Source: a virus
Lineage: Duplodnaviria; Caudoviricetes
IMG/VR virus record: IMGVR_UViG_2693429913_000001
Location: 7,081 to 71,080 of that record
Strand: one strand, 5' to 3'
DNA: 64,000 nt
In this document: positions 48,201-58,524 of the stretch, in pieces
How the letters are laid out: each line of letters begins with the position of its first letter
How positions within the stretch are numbered: position 1 is the stretch's first letter
The notes under the pieces: generated by a model
What the model was told of the DNA's origin: nothing
The model's database searches: none
What the model saw: only the letters and a program-made list of their open reading frames with translations
Translations under genes and position numbers: made by a program

Positions 48201-51200
48201 CGGAGATGCCATGAAACGTTCCATGTCTACTACAGGCGGGATTCGAGGGGTCTTAGTTGGTGCTTCCGCAGGATTTGGAGCATTAGCCGAAAGTACTCGG
48301 GGAGCTACTGTAGCTACCAAAACCTTTAGCATAGCTTGGAAATCCATGCTTGCTGAAACGGTTATTGGAGTAGCATTTGTTGCTCTTGGAGTTGCTATCG
48401 AAAAACTTGCCAGCCATTTCGCTGAACAAAAACAAAAAGCTGAAGAGCTAAAAAAGCTGAATGATCAAATGGTGCAATCCTATCGTCAACATGCAGATGG
48501 CATGCAAGGTCTCATCTCTCGATATGAAACTCTCAGCAATAAACAAAACAAAACGGCGGAAGAGCAAAAAGAATTCAACCGTATCCAAAAAGAACTTGCT
48601 ACCTCCATCCCTACTGTAGTCCAATATGTGGATGCAAATGGGAAGGCACATCTTAAAAACACGGAAGCTATCAGAAAAGAAATTGATGCCGTAGCCAAGC
48701 TCTCTCAAGAACAAGCACGGTTAACCGATTTGAACTTTGCGGAAAACGTGAAGAAACAAGCAGAGGCTTATCAAGATGTAATCGATAAGATTAGCGACCT
48801 CCAGTCAAAGAAAAAAGACTTAGAACAATCAAATGGCAAATTGGATATATCAGCAGGTACTAGGGCCAACTATGGGATAACTGACAATCTTCTTCAAGAC
48901 AATTCGAAGGCGATCCAAAAGTCCAAAGTCGAGATCATGATGGCTGAAGCAGAGAAAACGGAAGCTATCAAGAAGACCATCAAGGTCATTCAAGAGCAAA
49001 CTCTCACTCATCTTGAAGCAGGCGGAAAACTATCCAGCCTTGGTGATGCTCAACAAGCCGTCATTGAAAAGTTCATTCAATCCAATGAAGGAATACTTCG
49101 TGGAGCCCAAAGTGTAGAGGAGTACAAAACGAAAGTTCAAGAACTATTTACACTGGGTACAACCATTGGAGATGTGTTCGTTAAAGCATTCCAACAAATG
49201 TCTGCTGGTTTTGAAAACGATCCGCTCAAGTTAGATAGTATTAAGCAACAGTTAAATGATGTAGCTAAAATACTACCTGAAAGCTTCTTCACTTTGGATC
49301 AAAATCGGAATGCGGATGTGGTTGCTGGGCAACTACAAAAAATCTTAGACATTAGCAACCAAATCGCACAAGGTTCAACAGACTGGAACGGTTTACTACA
49401 AGCCTTGCAGAACTCTGGGCTTTCAGCCGAACAAGCAGGTGGTTTCCTCTCCCGCCTTGCAAGGGAGCATGATAATGCTAGTTTACGTGCACAAGCTCAA
49501 GCGCAAGGAATTGGAGAATTAACAGGATCTCTTGAAGACCTCAATGAGAAAACACTTGCCACTGTAGAGATTACAGAGACTTTGTTCGGTTTCAAATCTG
49601 GCAATCTATCCGCAATGAAGTCTCACATTGAAAGTTTACAAGTGCTGAAACAAGTCTATCGAGATAATGCATCTAACACCTCTCAGTGGAAGGCTTCCTT
49701 GAGTTCCCTAGCGGATGCCCTCGGGGTTACAGAGTCCGAAATCGCCAGCAATTTATCACATTACCATCAAATCATTGGGGCTTTACAGAACGTAAGAGTA
49801 AAAACGGATGATGCAGGTAAATCGACTCTAGATCTATCCGAGCTAAATAAACAACAGAAGGCAATCCTCCAAGAGTGGATCTCTACCGCTCAAAATAAGG
49901 GTGCAGTTATTGATATCCTGACTGGAAAAACAAATGCACTCGTTTCAGGAGAACAACAAACCCAATCAGCAATCAACGCCACCAAGCAGTCCATGCAGGA
50001 TATGAACAGTGTGAGTATCTTCACTCCCCAATCTCAATTAAATGCTCTCGGTAATCAAGCGATCTCTACAAAAGGGCAAGTACAAGGATTACAAACTACG
50101 ATCTCTTCCCCACTTCTACTAAGTCCGTCACTTACCTATACTCTGAACCAATACACTCAATTGGGAACCACAGCTAATACAGCAAAAGGACAAGTTCAAG
50201 GTATGCAAGGCGCAGTCAACTCTCCTGTCTACAGTCCTACCCTTCCCTTGTTAATCGGGCAGTACAATAACCTAGGAACATCCTTAGATAGCACTGCATC
50301 AAAAGCTCAAAATACTGCTTCTGTTGTTCAAAACGTCGGGAACCAAGCAGGAGCTGTATCTCAAGTCAGTAGCCAAATGCAAGGTATGCAGTCCTCGGCT
50401 CAAGGTGCAGGAGCTTCGGTTGGAACCATGAACCAGCAGTTAGGCGAAACCTCTCAAAAAGCTTCGAATCTGACTCAAGTTCAAACGGGTATTCAAAGCA
50501 TTGCCTCAGCTTCGCAAGGAATTAGCTTTGATTCGATCAATGGATCTTTAGAGAGATTAGGTGCAGTGGCATCAAGTGTAAAAGCGAAGATAACTGAATT
50601 TGCTCAGTCCCTCACTCAAATCGGAGCATCTGTAAGTTCCTCGTCAGGATCAATTAATAGCTCTGTCTCGACAATGAACAACCTTGCTTCAACTATGGTT
50701 CGTAGTGCCTCCTCTGCAAAAGCGAGTGCAGACTCTTATTCGAGTATCGCCAGTTCGTTTAAATCAGGAGCAAGCTCTGCTATCTCCTATACGAATGCAA
50801 TCAATCAAATATCTTCCGCCTCTAATGCCTCTGTCTCTGCTTCATCCAAAATAAAAGCATCCTTATTACAACAGGCTCAAGTATTGGCACAACTACAACA
50901 AGCATATGGACAAGTAGGTAGTGCGGTATCATCCGCATTTAGTAGCATGGCAAGCACTGTCAATTCCCGTACCAATAGTATGATTAGCTCCCACCAATCA
51001 CAAGCTTCTGCAATGAATAGTTTGGCCTCCTCCGCTCGGAGTGCAAAATCTGCTATTGAGAGCCTAAACTCCTCTGCTCGAAGTGCGATGGATACTTTGA
51101 ACGATTATATTGCTCGAGCCAAAAGTGCAAGATCTGCTGGTTCAAGCGTTCCTTCTGCCCCTAGCTTCCATGCCAATTCCTATCAAGATCTCTCTTCTTC

Positions 51201-53532
51201 GTTCCAAGGAAACATCGCTTCTGCTATGAATTCATTCTCTGCATTATCAGTTGATTCGATTGGTGAAAGTGTTTCTGCTAGTGGCGATACTGCTTCATCG
51301 GGTACGTTGAGATCTTCTATCTATGAAGGCGGCATTGGAGTAAATGGTAAGTTCTATGCATTGGCACTAGCGGACAAAGTAGTTGGTGATCCCGAAGAAC
51401 GTCAAATGACAGTCTACGATGGACTCATTCGCCAACAAGAAGCTATGCTACAGCGTATGATCAAAGCAAATGTTCAATATCGGGATGTTTTAAAGACTGT
51501 GATTACCTATGAAAATTTGAGACTGGAGTTGGCGAAAAAAGAGCTATCCCAAACTCAATCTCGAAATTCATGGGTTAACAATCGAATCAAACAGTTGGAT
51601 TCGTTGAAAAAACATACGGAATCCCAACGGGAAGAATACAACAAGCTCCAACAAGAATACGATCAAAATCTCAGTAAAATAGCTAATCTCCAAGGTGAAG
51701 TAGAGAGTAGCTTTAATAGCATCCGCCAGAACTCCATTAACATGTTTACAGATTTTGTAGATGAGATCGTCGATAAGTATGATCGAGCAATTAACGAAAT
51801 CAAAGCTAAGGTAGATGATTTCGATTTCAAAATTGATGTCCTAACCCTGACACAACCAGATAACATTCAAGATATGTTAAACGCTCAGATTGAAAAGGCT
51901 CTAGCTTTACAACAGTCACAAACTCAAGAATCTGGAAAGGTCTCTGCTCTCTCAACAGAATATGAAACCACAAAAGCTAAATACGGGATTAACTCGGAAC
52001 AAGCGAAAGTGATTAAAAAAGAGTTAGATCAAGCGAAAGAAGCTTGGGAAGATGCTGTGATGGGTGTTCTTCGAGCAGAAAAGGACATCAGGGAAACCCG
52101 TGGAAAAGTGGCAGATGAGTCGATCAAGCAATTGCAAGACTACTACAAGAACATGAAGTCCATGGCAATCGGAGCAATCGATATGGAAAAAGAGGCTCTG
52201 AAAAAAGCTCACGATGAAAAGATGGAGATGTATGATCGTGAGATTGACCAGATCAACTCGGTTTACGATCGTAAGTTGAAAGCCATGGATAAGGAGCAAA
52301 GTGAGTCCGATTATCAAGAGAAACTGGATGAAAAGAATAACAAGAGATCCGAGTTAGTTCAACAAATCTCCCTCCGATCCCGTGATAACTCTCTAGAAGG
52401 TCGCAAAAAGCTGGAAGAACTCAGAAAGCAATTGGCTGATCAAGATAAGGAAATTGCCGATTTTCAAAAAGATCGCCAAAATGAGCTTCTTCGCCAGTCC
52501 ATCGAAGAGCAAAAGAAACAACAGATTGATGCGCTTAATGATAAGAAAGAAAATGAGAAAACGGGGTTAGATACCCGATTAGGTGAATTGGATCAAGAGA
52601 AAGAATCCGTCATCAAATACTATGACGATCTCTTGAATAACGATCAGCACTGGGCAAATAGGCGAAACGAATTCATTACAGGTAGCTTCTCTACTCTCCA
52701 GACAGAGTTAGAAAGTTTGAAGACAAACCTAGACAATATGAATCATGGGGTTTTTGATGGACTCACTAAGAGTTTCTCTACTTTCTCAGATGAAGTTAAG
52801 AAAAAGATCGCCGAATTAAACTCCCTTGAAGTTGATAATATGTTGTTCCGTGCTAATAAGCTGGAGCAGTTTGATCAAGTGAAGAATGTGAATCCTTATA
52901 CTTACACCAATGGCGAGTTAAAAACAAATCTCCCCTATACACCACCGATTTTTAACACTCCTCCACCACCAGAACCACCCAAACCAGATCCTCCGCCTAA
53001 GCCTACGACTCCTCCCACTACTTCTAAACCTGTACATGGTTGGAAAACAACTTCGGACTTAAACCTCCGAAGATCTCCAAGCTATGGGCGAAATGTTATA
53101 GCTGTTATGAGACGAGGAGATTTGGTTGAGTTCCTCGGCATGGAAAGAGGCTGGGCGAAGATTCGTTGGAAAGGGAAAACGGGTTATGCGGGGAAACGTT
53201 ATCTCCAACAATTTGATACGGGTGGATATACAGGTACATGGGCTGGAAATGATGGCAAAATCGCTATGCTTCATAAAAAAGAGCTTGTCCTCAATGAACG
53301 TCAAACCTCCGACATCCTTGATACTGCCAAGATCTTAGATCGATTAAAAAACATTATTCCAAATTTGAGTTCCATACGAAATGGTACCGACCAATTGGCT
53401 ACAGTAGGCTCCGTTCATTCAAATCAAGTTTCCTATGGAGATATCTATGTAACCGTTGAAGGCGGAGATAAAAAGAAAGCCAAAGACATCGCAAAAGAAA
53501 TACTATCAAGCTTGAAAAAGAAGGGGCGATAA
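45271..53532 (+). CDS. tail tape measure protein with C-terminal SH3b domain
   Basis: 2753 aa; TP901-type TMP core (LDKALTELKRV, ESGKVIGNGLKTIYSR), coiled coils, Pro-rich linker, LNLRRSPS...GWAKI..G..GY SH3b, FDTGGYTG. Confidence 0.92.
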   Translation: MAKSSANILLRAKIDISKSMPDIRKQVDEISHKLENKPVKLKAKLDLKMKDFVPQLRLISKKIENKPLKLKVHLDVHGSALAIKRQLQDVHKTVDDFNKKYSKQLSRMQDQTKKGFSTPSLGGFDLKQYVSHIKEAERMMKQTFGKGLFSSVETKDAFGNLNGFVAQLEKVNGVVQRIRYNWNQDEDKFKVIDIKTATTTEKVVQKSINSLRELEREILKLGKNSTQFWKEYNQLQNQGKSGTLTPSTVADLKQRIRDEQILQQQISKENQFLLEQKKLIEEIRHTRSQRTAERNQVAYRPLDQSARKATTAEELKEIRFQTEQLARRHQKDEQYQKDQINLLKERIKIMRELRKIEAQTPTNPNNGKLRQQYVEEAKAITQSIRSYRDLEQARNRLSALKNNQWQDSDQRRARKLLEDLKAVGEQLKVTGHNMSRFNREIGKIDVGQGQKLNTKDIELQLDAYTRLLRRKKAEIRNAEKELRLGEDITQSVNRRMGPTGVSQLEGLIKSRDIQGLQEFIGKIYGAKVATVSLRNDGVDPTGRAVTKLVTTFDSAGKSARRVSLTMAEGSRTLRQSSEEMVYNANRNLGVFEQLRIAMSRVPVWMTAMTAFYGSINAVRAMATEILQLDKALTELKRVADGNLSIDTLFQGAIQLSSELGNNLHDVMKSLAEFTRTFGDFNERQLLAITKTATLMSNVSDLSAPEATESLVGTMNAFNISAEESIRIVDALNQVDNDYAISTKQLAEGLSKSASTARTFGVSMEESVGHITAIGAVTMESGKVIGNGLKTIYSRITTLADAREVLQGIGIDIKQIKNGQETVRPVADILGDLHNRWDSLSNSQKQNIAVTVAGRYQLSRFLALMNNYQMALDSTETAETSHGSAMRENAEYLKSFEARINQLKNAFAELSHSVGDAVLSDGMLAVISGLGALTQAGISIAQTFGALPVIFGVVALAMTKMGMFEKVTKGLTEGFDAFGDAMKRSMSTTGGIRGVLVGASAGFGALAESTRGATVATKTFSIAWKSMLAETVIGVAFVALGVAIEKLASHFAEQKQKAEELKKLNDQMVQSYRQHADGMQGLISRYETLSNKQNKTAEEQKEFNRIQKELATSIPTVVQYVDANGKAHLKNTEAIRKEIDAVAKLSQEQARLTDLNFAENVKKQAEAYQDVIDKISDLQSKKKDLEQSNGKLDISAGTRANYGITDNLLQDNSKAIQKSKVEIMMAEAEKTEAIKKTIKVIQEQTLTHLEAGGKLSSLGDAQQAVIEKFIQSNEGILRGAQSVEEYKTKVQELFTLGTTIGDVFVKAFQQMSAGFENDPLKLDSIKQQLNDVAKILPESFFTLDQNRNADVVAGQLQKILDISNQIAQGSTDWNGLLQALQNSGLSAEQAGGFLSRLAREHDNASLRAQAQAQGIGELTGSLEDLNEKTLATVEITETLFGFKSGNLSAMKSHIESLQVLKQVYRDNASNTSQWKASLSSLADALGVTESEIASNLSHYHQIIGALQNVRVKTDDAGKSTLDLSELNKQQKAILQEWISTAQNKGAVIDILTGKTNALVSGEQQTQSAINATKQSMQDMNSVSIFTPQSQLNALGNQAISTKGQVQGLQTTISSPLLLSPSLTYTLNQYTQLGTTANTAKGQVQGMQGAVNSPVYSPTLPLLIGQYNNLGTSLDSTASKAQNTASVVQNVGNQAGAVSQVSSQMQGMQSSAQGAGASVGTMNQQLGETSQKASNLTQVQTGIQSIASASQGISFDSINGSLERLGAVASSVKAKITEFAQSLTQIGASVSSSSGSINSSVSTMNNLASTMVRSASSAKASADSYSSIASSFKSGASSAISYTNAINQISSASNASVSASSKIKASLLQQAQVLAQLQQAYGQVGSAVSSAFSSMASTVNSRTNSMISSHQSQASAMNSLASSARSAKSAIESLNSSARSAMDTLNDYIARAKSARSAGSSVPSAPSFHANSYQDLSSSFQGNIASAMNSFSALSVDSIGESVSASGDTASSGTLRSSIYEGGIGVNGKFYALALADKVVGDPEERQMTVYDGLIRQQEAMLQRMIKANVQYRDVLKTVITYENLRLELAKKELSQTQSRNSWVNNRIKQLDSLKKHTESQREEYNKLQQEYDQNLSKIANLQGEVESSFNSIRQNSINMFTDFVDEIVDKYDRAINEIKAKVDDFDFKIDVLTLTQPDNIQDMLNAQIEKALALQQSQTQESGKVSALSTEYETTKAKYGINSEQAKVIKKELDQAKEAWEDAVMGVLRAEKDIRETRGKVADESIKQLQDYYKNMKSMAIGAIDMEKEALKKAHDEKMEMYDREIDQINSVYDRKLKAMDKEQSESDYQEKLDEKNNKRSELVQQISLRSRDNSLEGRKKLEELRKQLADQDKEIADFQKDRQNELLRQSIEEQKKQQIDALNDKKENEKTGLDTRLGELDQEKESVIKYYDDLLNNDQHWANRRNEFITGSFSTLQTELESLKTNLDNMNHGVFDGLTKSFSTFSDEVKKKIAELNSLEVDNMLFRANKLEQFDQVKNVNPYTYTNGELKTNLPYTPPIFNTPPPPEPPKPDPPPKPTTPPTTSKPVHGWKTTSDLNLRRSPSYGRNVIAVMRRGDLVEFLGMERGWAKIRWKGKTGYAGKRYLQQFDTGGYTGTWAGNDGKIAMLHKKELVLNERQTSDILDTAKILDRLKNIIPNLSSIRNGTDQLATVGSVHSNQVSYGDIYVTVEGGDKKKAKDIAKEILSSLKKKGR

Positions 53533-53567
53533 TCGCTCCCCTTCCTTAAGTTTCTGGAGGTGAGAGT

Positions 53568-54335
53568 ATGCCGACTACAAAAGACCGTTTGCACTTCAAC
53601 TATGATGGGATTTCTTCTCGAAAGTTCGGTTTGATCCAAGTCAATCTAGACAGCGGAATGTTTGAAGAAGCACTCATAGCAGAAAGAGCGATTCAAGAAA
53701 CGGAAGTGAGAGGTCAAAAACCCCTCTTCCACTCGATTGAAGAATCACCCTTGGAATTCGATCTCACTCTCGCATTCGAAAGGAAATTTAATGAATCCGA
53801 CCTAGACAATATAATCCTCTGGCTGTTTCCAGATACATACAAACCTCTCTATTTTGAAGATAAGCCAAATAAAATCTACCATTGTCTACCCGTTGGCAAT
53901 TCCTCAATTACTCATAACGGATTGAACCAAGGGTATCTCACCGTAACCATGCGATGCGATTCCCCTCGGATTGTTTCACCGCTCTACTACACTCCTGAAG
54001 TAGAAGTGGCGAATGAACAAAAAACATCCATCACGATTGAAAATAAGGGGCATCTGACAATCTATCCTGAAATCTCGATCAAAAAAATCGGAGCAGGGAA
54101 CATTACTCTTATGAAGGATGAAAAAATCTTTGAAATCAGAGACTTAACCGATCAAGAAGACATATACCTCCATTGTGAAAAAGAAGTCATCGAAACAGAT
54201 CTCATTGGGTTTTATCGATATGACCAAATCATAGGAGATTTCTCCACACTTTCCCTTCAACGTGGAACAAACAAGATTGAGATTGAAGGCGCATGCAAGA
54301 TTCAATTTCGATATCGGTTTCTATATAAAACGTAA
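53568..54335 (+). CDS. distal tail protein (Dit, YomH-like)
   Basis: FNYDGISS..FG, YKPLYFED, TMRCDSP, L.RGTN.I. Confidence 0.8.
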   Translation: MPTTKDRLHFNYDGISSRKFGLIQVNLDSGMFEEALIAERAIQETEVRGQKPLFHSIEESPLEFDLTLAFERKFNESDLDNIILWLFPDTYKPLYFEDKPNKIYHCLPVGNSSITHNGLNQGYLTVTMRCDSPRIVSPLYYTPEVEVANEQKTSITIENKGHLTIYPEISIKKIGAGNITLMKDEKIFEIRDLTDQEDIYLHCEKEVIETDLIGFYRYDQIIGDFSTLSLQRGTNKIEIEGACKIQFRYRFLYKT

Positions 54336-54343
54336 CACCTAAT

Positions 54344-54372
54344 TAGACAAAAGAAATCAATAATTATATAAT
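54344..54372 (+). promoter_or_regulatory. internal sigmaA-type promoter in the tail operon
   Basis: TAGACA-17-TATAAT in an AT-rich intergenic gap. Confidence 0.55.
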
Positions 54373-54426
54373 TACACTATAATAGTAAATAAAATTTGTA
54401 ATAAACATAGATGATCATAAACATAT

Positions 54427-57400
54427 ATGAGAGGGGTAATTCTACGATTGTTTGTCGACATCGACTACTCAAAAAAGCCCAAAGATATTCGCCTCCACTT
54501 ATCAAAACCTAATAAGCAAGTCATCTCTCACATCTCCGAAAAATGGAATGTAAACCTCTCCTTAAAACTCGGTAATATCAGCGAGTTATCCTTTTCCATC
54601 CCCTATAAAGTAGCAAATAGGCACAACTCCCATGTAGAACTGATAAAGGAAAAAATGTTGATCAAAGTGACCATGGAGGGACATATCGAATGGTTCATTG
54701 TCGATGAGATTGAAGAAGACAGTGATGACTCCGACACCTTTCATGTAAAAGCATTTTCCTTGGGATATGAATTGCAACACAAACGAATTTCGGTACAAGA
54801 AGATAGCATCAATGCTCATGAACTGTTAACGAAACTAGTAGCCAATACGATTTGGACAATTGATTCGGTTGATCCCATCTTCCACTCGATTTATCGACAG
54901 TTTGATCTTAGCGATACCAATGTCTTAGATGGTATTCTCCAATTAGGAGAAACCTTTCAGGCCCTAATAAAATGGGACACCACACAACGAAAAATTTCTC
55001 TTCACTCATTTACTACATATGGAAAGTTCCGAGGTACAACGATTGACTATGGAAGGTTTTTACGTTCCATTAAGAGAACTCGAACAACGGATGAATTGGT
55101 CACAAGATTATATGTCTATGGTAACGAAGGAACCAGTATCCACTCAATAAACCCCACTGGCCAAAGTTATATAGAAGACTTCAGCTATTTCCTCTACCCC
55201 TTTGAACGTGACAAAGATCGAAAAATCATCAAAAGCTCTCACTTCATGTCCGACGATCTGTGTCATGCGCTCCTAGATCATCAAGAATTGGTAAATCAAA
55301 ACTCCCCTCAAATTAAAACCCTTTCCAATCATAAAAACCCAAAAGAGACTCAGTTAGTCACTGAGGAATCAAAATTGGCTCAACTCCATCTGGAACTCAC
55401 CAACATCCTCCAACTCTTAGATCTCGCTAAGGCGACAGAAGACACCAATCTAATTAAACAAAGAATAGAAGAAAGAAACCTCAAAGAAGCACAAATCACT
55501 TCTCAAACCACAATCGTCTTCAACCTCAAAAATGAAATCTCTCATCTTAACTCTCAAATCCAAACTCTACAAGATCAAATTTCCAATGATCCTCAATTCA
55601 CTTCTGTATTAAAGAAGGAACTAGATCCTTATATCATTGAGAAGGAATGGCGGGACGAGCGATACACTAATCCCCAAGAGCTTTATGATGATGGATTAAA
55701 GAAATTCAATGAAATGAGAATCCCCAAAGTCGTGATTGAAGCAAATGTCGAGAATCTGATCGATGTAGCCCAACTACAACTAGGAGACCTGATTAAGACA
55801 AAGTACAGGCCAATGAATATTGAATATATGGCTCGCTTCATCGAAATCCAAATCGACTTTGAATCACATGATACAAAGCTGATCATTTCAAATACTCAAG
55901 ATCTACTTGATGAATCGGAAAAACTCGTTCAACTCCTATACAGCACTTCTGCTACCAGTTCTCTAGTAGAAGCTAACAAGCATATCTGGAATCAGATCCA
56001 ACCAGCAGTCGAACAAGTAAACAGCATCCTATCTAACCAGTGGGAGGCAAATAAGAACAAGATCGTTGCAGGTGTCAACAACCAAGTAGAAATCGGGAAT
56101 CGAGGAATTGTCATTCGAAACCCTGACACTCCAGAGGAAATTGTGATTGCCCAAGCAGGTATTATCGCCCTCTCGAAAGATAATGGAGAAACTTGGAAGA
56201 CCGCAATTAAGCCAGATGGTGTGGTAGCAGAACGGCTAATCGGAAAAGTAGTCGCTGGTGAAAATCTCCTCATCACAAACGGAAATGGTCACTTTGTTTT
56301 TGATAACCGTGGAGCACGTATTAAAGCTGATTCGTTTGTCATTGAATCAGGTACGGGTAGTAACTTAATTCAGGACTGGACAAACAGTCTAAACCACCTT
56401 GAATTTAAGCTACAAGATGATCAAATCGCCTCGATTGTCACCAGAAATGAACCCTTCCTTACTTCTCTTGATAGCAAACTACGAAATCATGACTTCCAAA
56501 ATGATCTCTTATACTGGAAAGAAGACCACAAACTATCCACTCCCTTGAAAGCTCCTATCATCAGTGGACAAGGGAAATATGGAGATAAAGTAGTTCAAAT
56601 ATCGGGTTCCAAAACGGTATTCTATGGCAAGATGATTCCCATCGATCCATCCAGAACTTATCGAGTTCAGTTCCGTGTCAGACAAACCAAAGATTCCTCA
56701 GTCAGTGAGAAGTCCAAAGTTTTTGCAGGTGTCGCTTCCTTTGATGTAGCCAAGCAACCTATCACGACCGTTCATTATGGAGAGCATCGTTACTGTGCTG
56801 TACAAGGTCAGAATCTAACGGTGGCAGACGGTTGGCAGGAATTCAATGGGATTATCACGGGTGAAGGGGTGGATAGTTACAATCAGTTTATTCAAGGAAC
56901 AAAGTATGCCGTTCCTGTGTTTGTAGTCAATCATGATGATGGAGATGGAGTTGCGGAAGTAGATAGTTGTAGCCTTGATGACATTACGTTAGAAAGTAAT
57001 ATGGACGGGCTCTCTACTCGAATCTCCAATGCGGAAGAACGAATTACCGATGACTCAATCGTTAATACCGTGACCCAATCGATTTCTTATCAAAATGATC
57101 TAGACAGTAAAGCAAGCTTTGATGACCTATCCCGATATACAACATCAGAGGCTCTAGAGAAATCTAAAACGGAAGCCAATTCCTACACCGATAACCAGAT
57201 TCGAAATATTGATTTCTCCCCCTATGTAACCCAGTCCAAACTCGAACAAAAAGCAGATAGTATTACTGCTAAGTTTGCTTCGAGTGGCGGAGTCAACCTT
57301 CTAAAAAATAGCGTTGGCTATGCAGGAATCGATTTCTGGACAATCCATAGCCAAAACATGCTCCCTAATAGTTCTCTTCAAAACGGAACTACTCACTATT

Positions 57401-58506
57401 CTCTTTCAACAGGCTGGTCGCTTGACAATATGATGCAATATAAAGGATTTAACACCTTGATATGTGATGTAACAAGTCTCACTACAAATGAGATGCGAGC
57501 CGTTACCACTCCATTTGGGAATGTGAGAGCAGGAGAAACCTTTTCAGGTAGTTGGTTTGTGAATATCCCTTCTACTCACAACATCGATATGGGTGCAAAG
57601 GTAGAAATGGAATGGTATGATGCTGAATCAAAACTCAGCTCCATTACGACTAATGTAAATTTATCCATGATAAACCGATGGCAAAGAATTGTAGCCAAGG
57701 GAACTGCTCCAAATGGTGCAACGAGAGTACGAGTAAAGATTTATCCAGTCCAAAACGGGAGCTTCTGGGCAACACTCCCTCAATTAGAAAAAGGAAATCT
57801 CACAGAATGGTCGCCCAATTCCTCCGACCCTGCTATTGGCAAGTTGATTAAGGTTATTCAAAATGATGAAGTCAAAACCAAAGGATCGGGCAGTGGTTTC
57901 TCACTCTCTACAGGTGGGAAGATGGTTCAATCGATCATTCCGATCGAAGGCGCATCTTATTCCATATCTGCAATGTGTAAGTCATTGAATGGAAACGGAT
58001 ATATTCGACTTTATGATGGAGATGTGACCAGTACGCAATATGCAGAAATCTTGTTAAATGGCTCACATAACTATTCTGCTCAACATATCACACTGAAGCC
58101 CACCACTAATAAAGTGACCGTAGAATTATGTTGTAGTTATCATCAAATACTTTTCACTAGCATCATGTTAAACATTGGAGAGATTCCCCTTCAATGGCAA
58201 CATGCATCAGGGGAAGTGTATAACACTCACATTCGAATGGATGTAAACGGTCTTCGAGTTTCCCACTCCGATTACTCTGGGTACACAACGATGACACCTG
58301 AAAAGTTCGCTGGCTATTATGATGTGAATCAAGATGGCTTGATTGATGAATCGCTTGGCTCTACAGATGAAGTGTTCCGTATGGATCGTGATGAATTCGT
58401 GATGAAAAAGGCGAATGTAAAGCAAGAAATCTTGCTGGGTTCAATCAAACTCATGAAGATACATTCGGGAGATAAAAATGGATGGGCATTTGTGGCTACA
58501 GGATGA
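54427..58506 (+). CDS. Tal/baseplate hub-tail spike protein with carbohydrate-binding-like modules (YomG-like)
   Basis: VTRLYVYG..INPTGQSYIEDFSYF, DNGETWKTAI.PDG, NLLKNS and PQLEKG modules. Confidence 0.8.
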   Translation: MRGVILRLFVDIDYSKKPKDIRLHLSKPNKQVISHISEKWNVNLSLKLGNISELSFSIPYKVANRHNSHVELIKEKMLIKVTMEGHIEWFIVDEIEEDSDDSDTFHVKAFSLGYELQHKRISVQEDSINAHELLTKLVANTIWTIDSVDPIFHSIYRQFDLSDTNVLDGILQLGETFQALIKWDTTQRKISLHSFTTYGKFRGTTIDYGRFLRSIKRTRTTDELVTRLYVYGNEGTSIHSINPTGQSYIEDFSYFLYPFERDKDRKIIKSSHFMSDDLCHALLDHQELVNQNSPQIKTLSNHKNPKETQLVTEESKLAQLHLELTNILQLLDLAKATEDTNLIKQRIEERNLKEAQITSQTTIVFNLKNEISHLNSQIQTLQDQISNDPQFTSVLKKELDPYIIEKEWRDERYTNPQELYDDGLKKFNEMRIPKVVIEANVENLIDVAQLQLGDLIKTKYRPMNIEYMARFIEIQIDFESHDTKLIISNTQDLLDESEKLVQLLYSTSATSSLVEANKHIWNQIQPAVEQVNSILSNQWEANKNKIVAGVNNQVEIGNRGIVIRNPDTPEEIVIAQAGIIALSKDNGETWKTAIKPDGVVAERLIGKVVAGENLLITNGNGHFVFDNRGARIKADSFVIESGTGSNLIQDWTNSLNHLEFKLQDDQIASIVTRNEPFLTSLDSKLRNHDFQNDLLYWKEDHKLSTPLKAPIISGQGKYGDKVVQISGSKTVFYGKMIPIDPSRTYRVQFRVRQTKDSSVSEKSKVFAGVASFDVAKQPITTVHYGEHRYCAVQGQNLTVADGWQEFNGIITGEGVDSYNQFIQGTKYAVPVFVVNHDDGDGVAEVDSCSLDDITLESNMDGLSTRISNAEERITDDSIVNTVTQSISYQNDLDSKASFDDLSRYTTSEALEKSKTEANSYTDNQIRNIDFSPYVTQSKLEQKADSITAKFASSGGVNLLKNSVGYAGIDFWTIHSQNMLPNSSLQNGTTHYSLSTGWSLDNMMQYKGFNTLICDVTSLTTNEMRAVTTPFGNVRAGETFSGSWFVNIPSTHNIDMGAKVEMEWYDAESKLSSITTNVNLSMINRWQRIVAKGTAPNGATRVRVKIYPVQNGSFWATLPQLEKGNLTEWSPNSSDPAIGKLIKVIQNDEVKTKGSGSGFSLSTGGKMVQSIIPIEGASYSISAMCKSLNGNGYIRLYDGDVTSTQYAEILLNGSHNYSAQHITLKPTTNKVTVELCCSYHQILFTSIMLNIGEIPLQWQHASGEVYNTHIRMDVNGLRVSHSDYSGYTTMTPEKFAGYYDVNQDGLIDESLGSTDEVFRMDRDEFVMKKANVKQEILLGSIKLMKIHSGDKNGWAFVATG

Positions 58507-58524
58507 TAATGAAAGGAGAATGGC

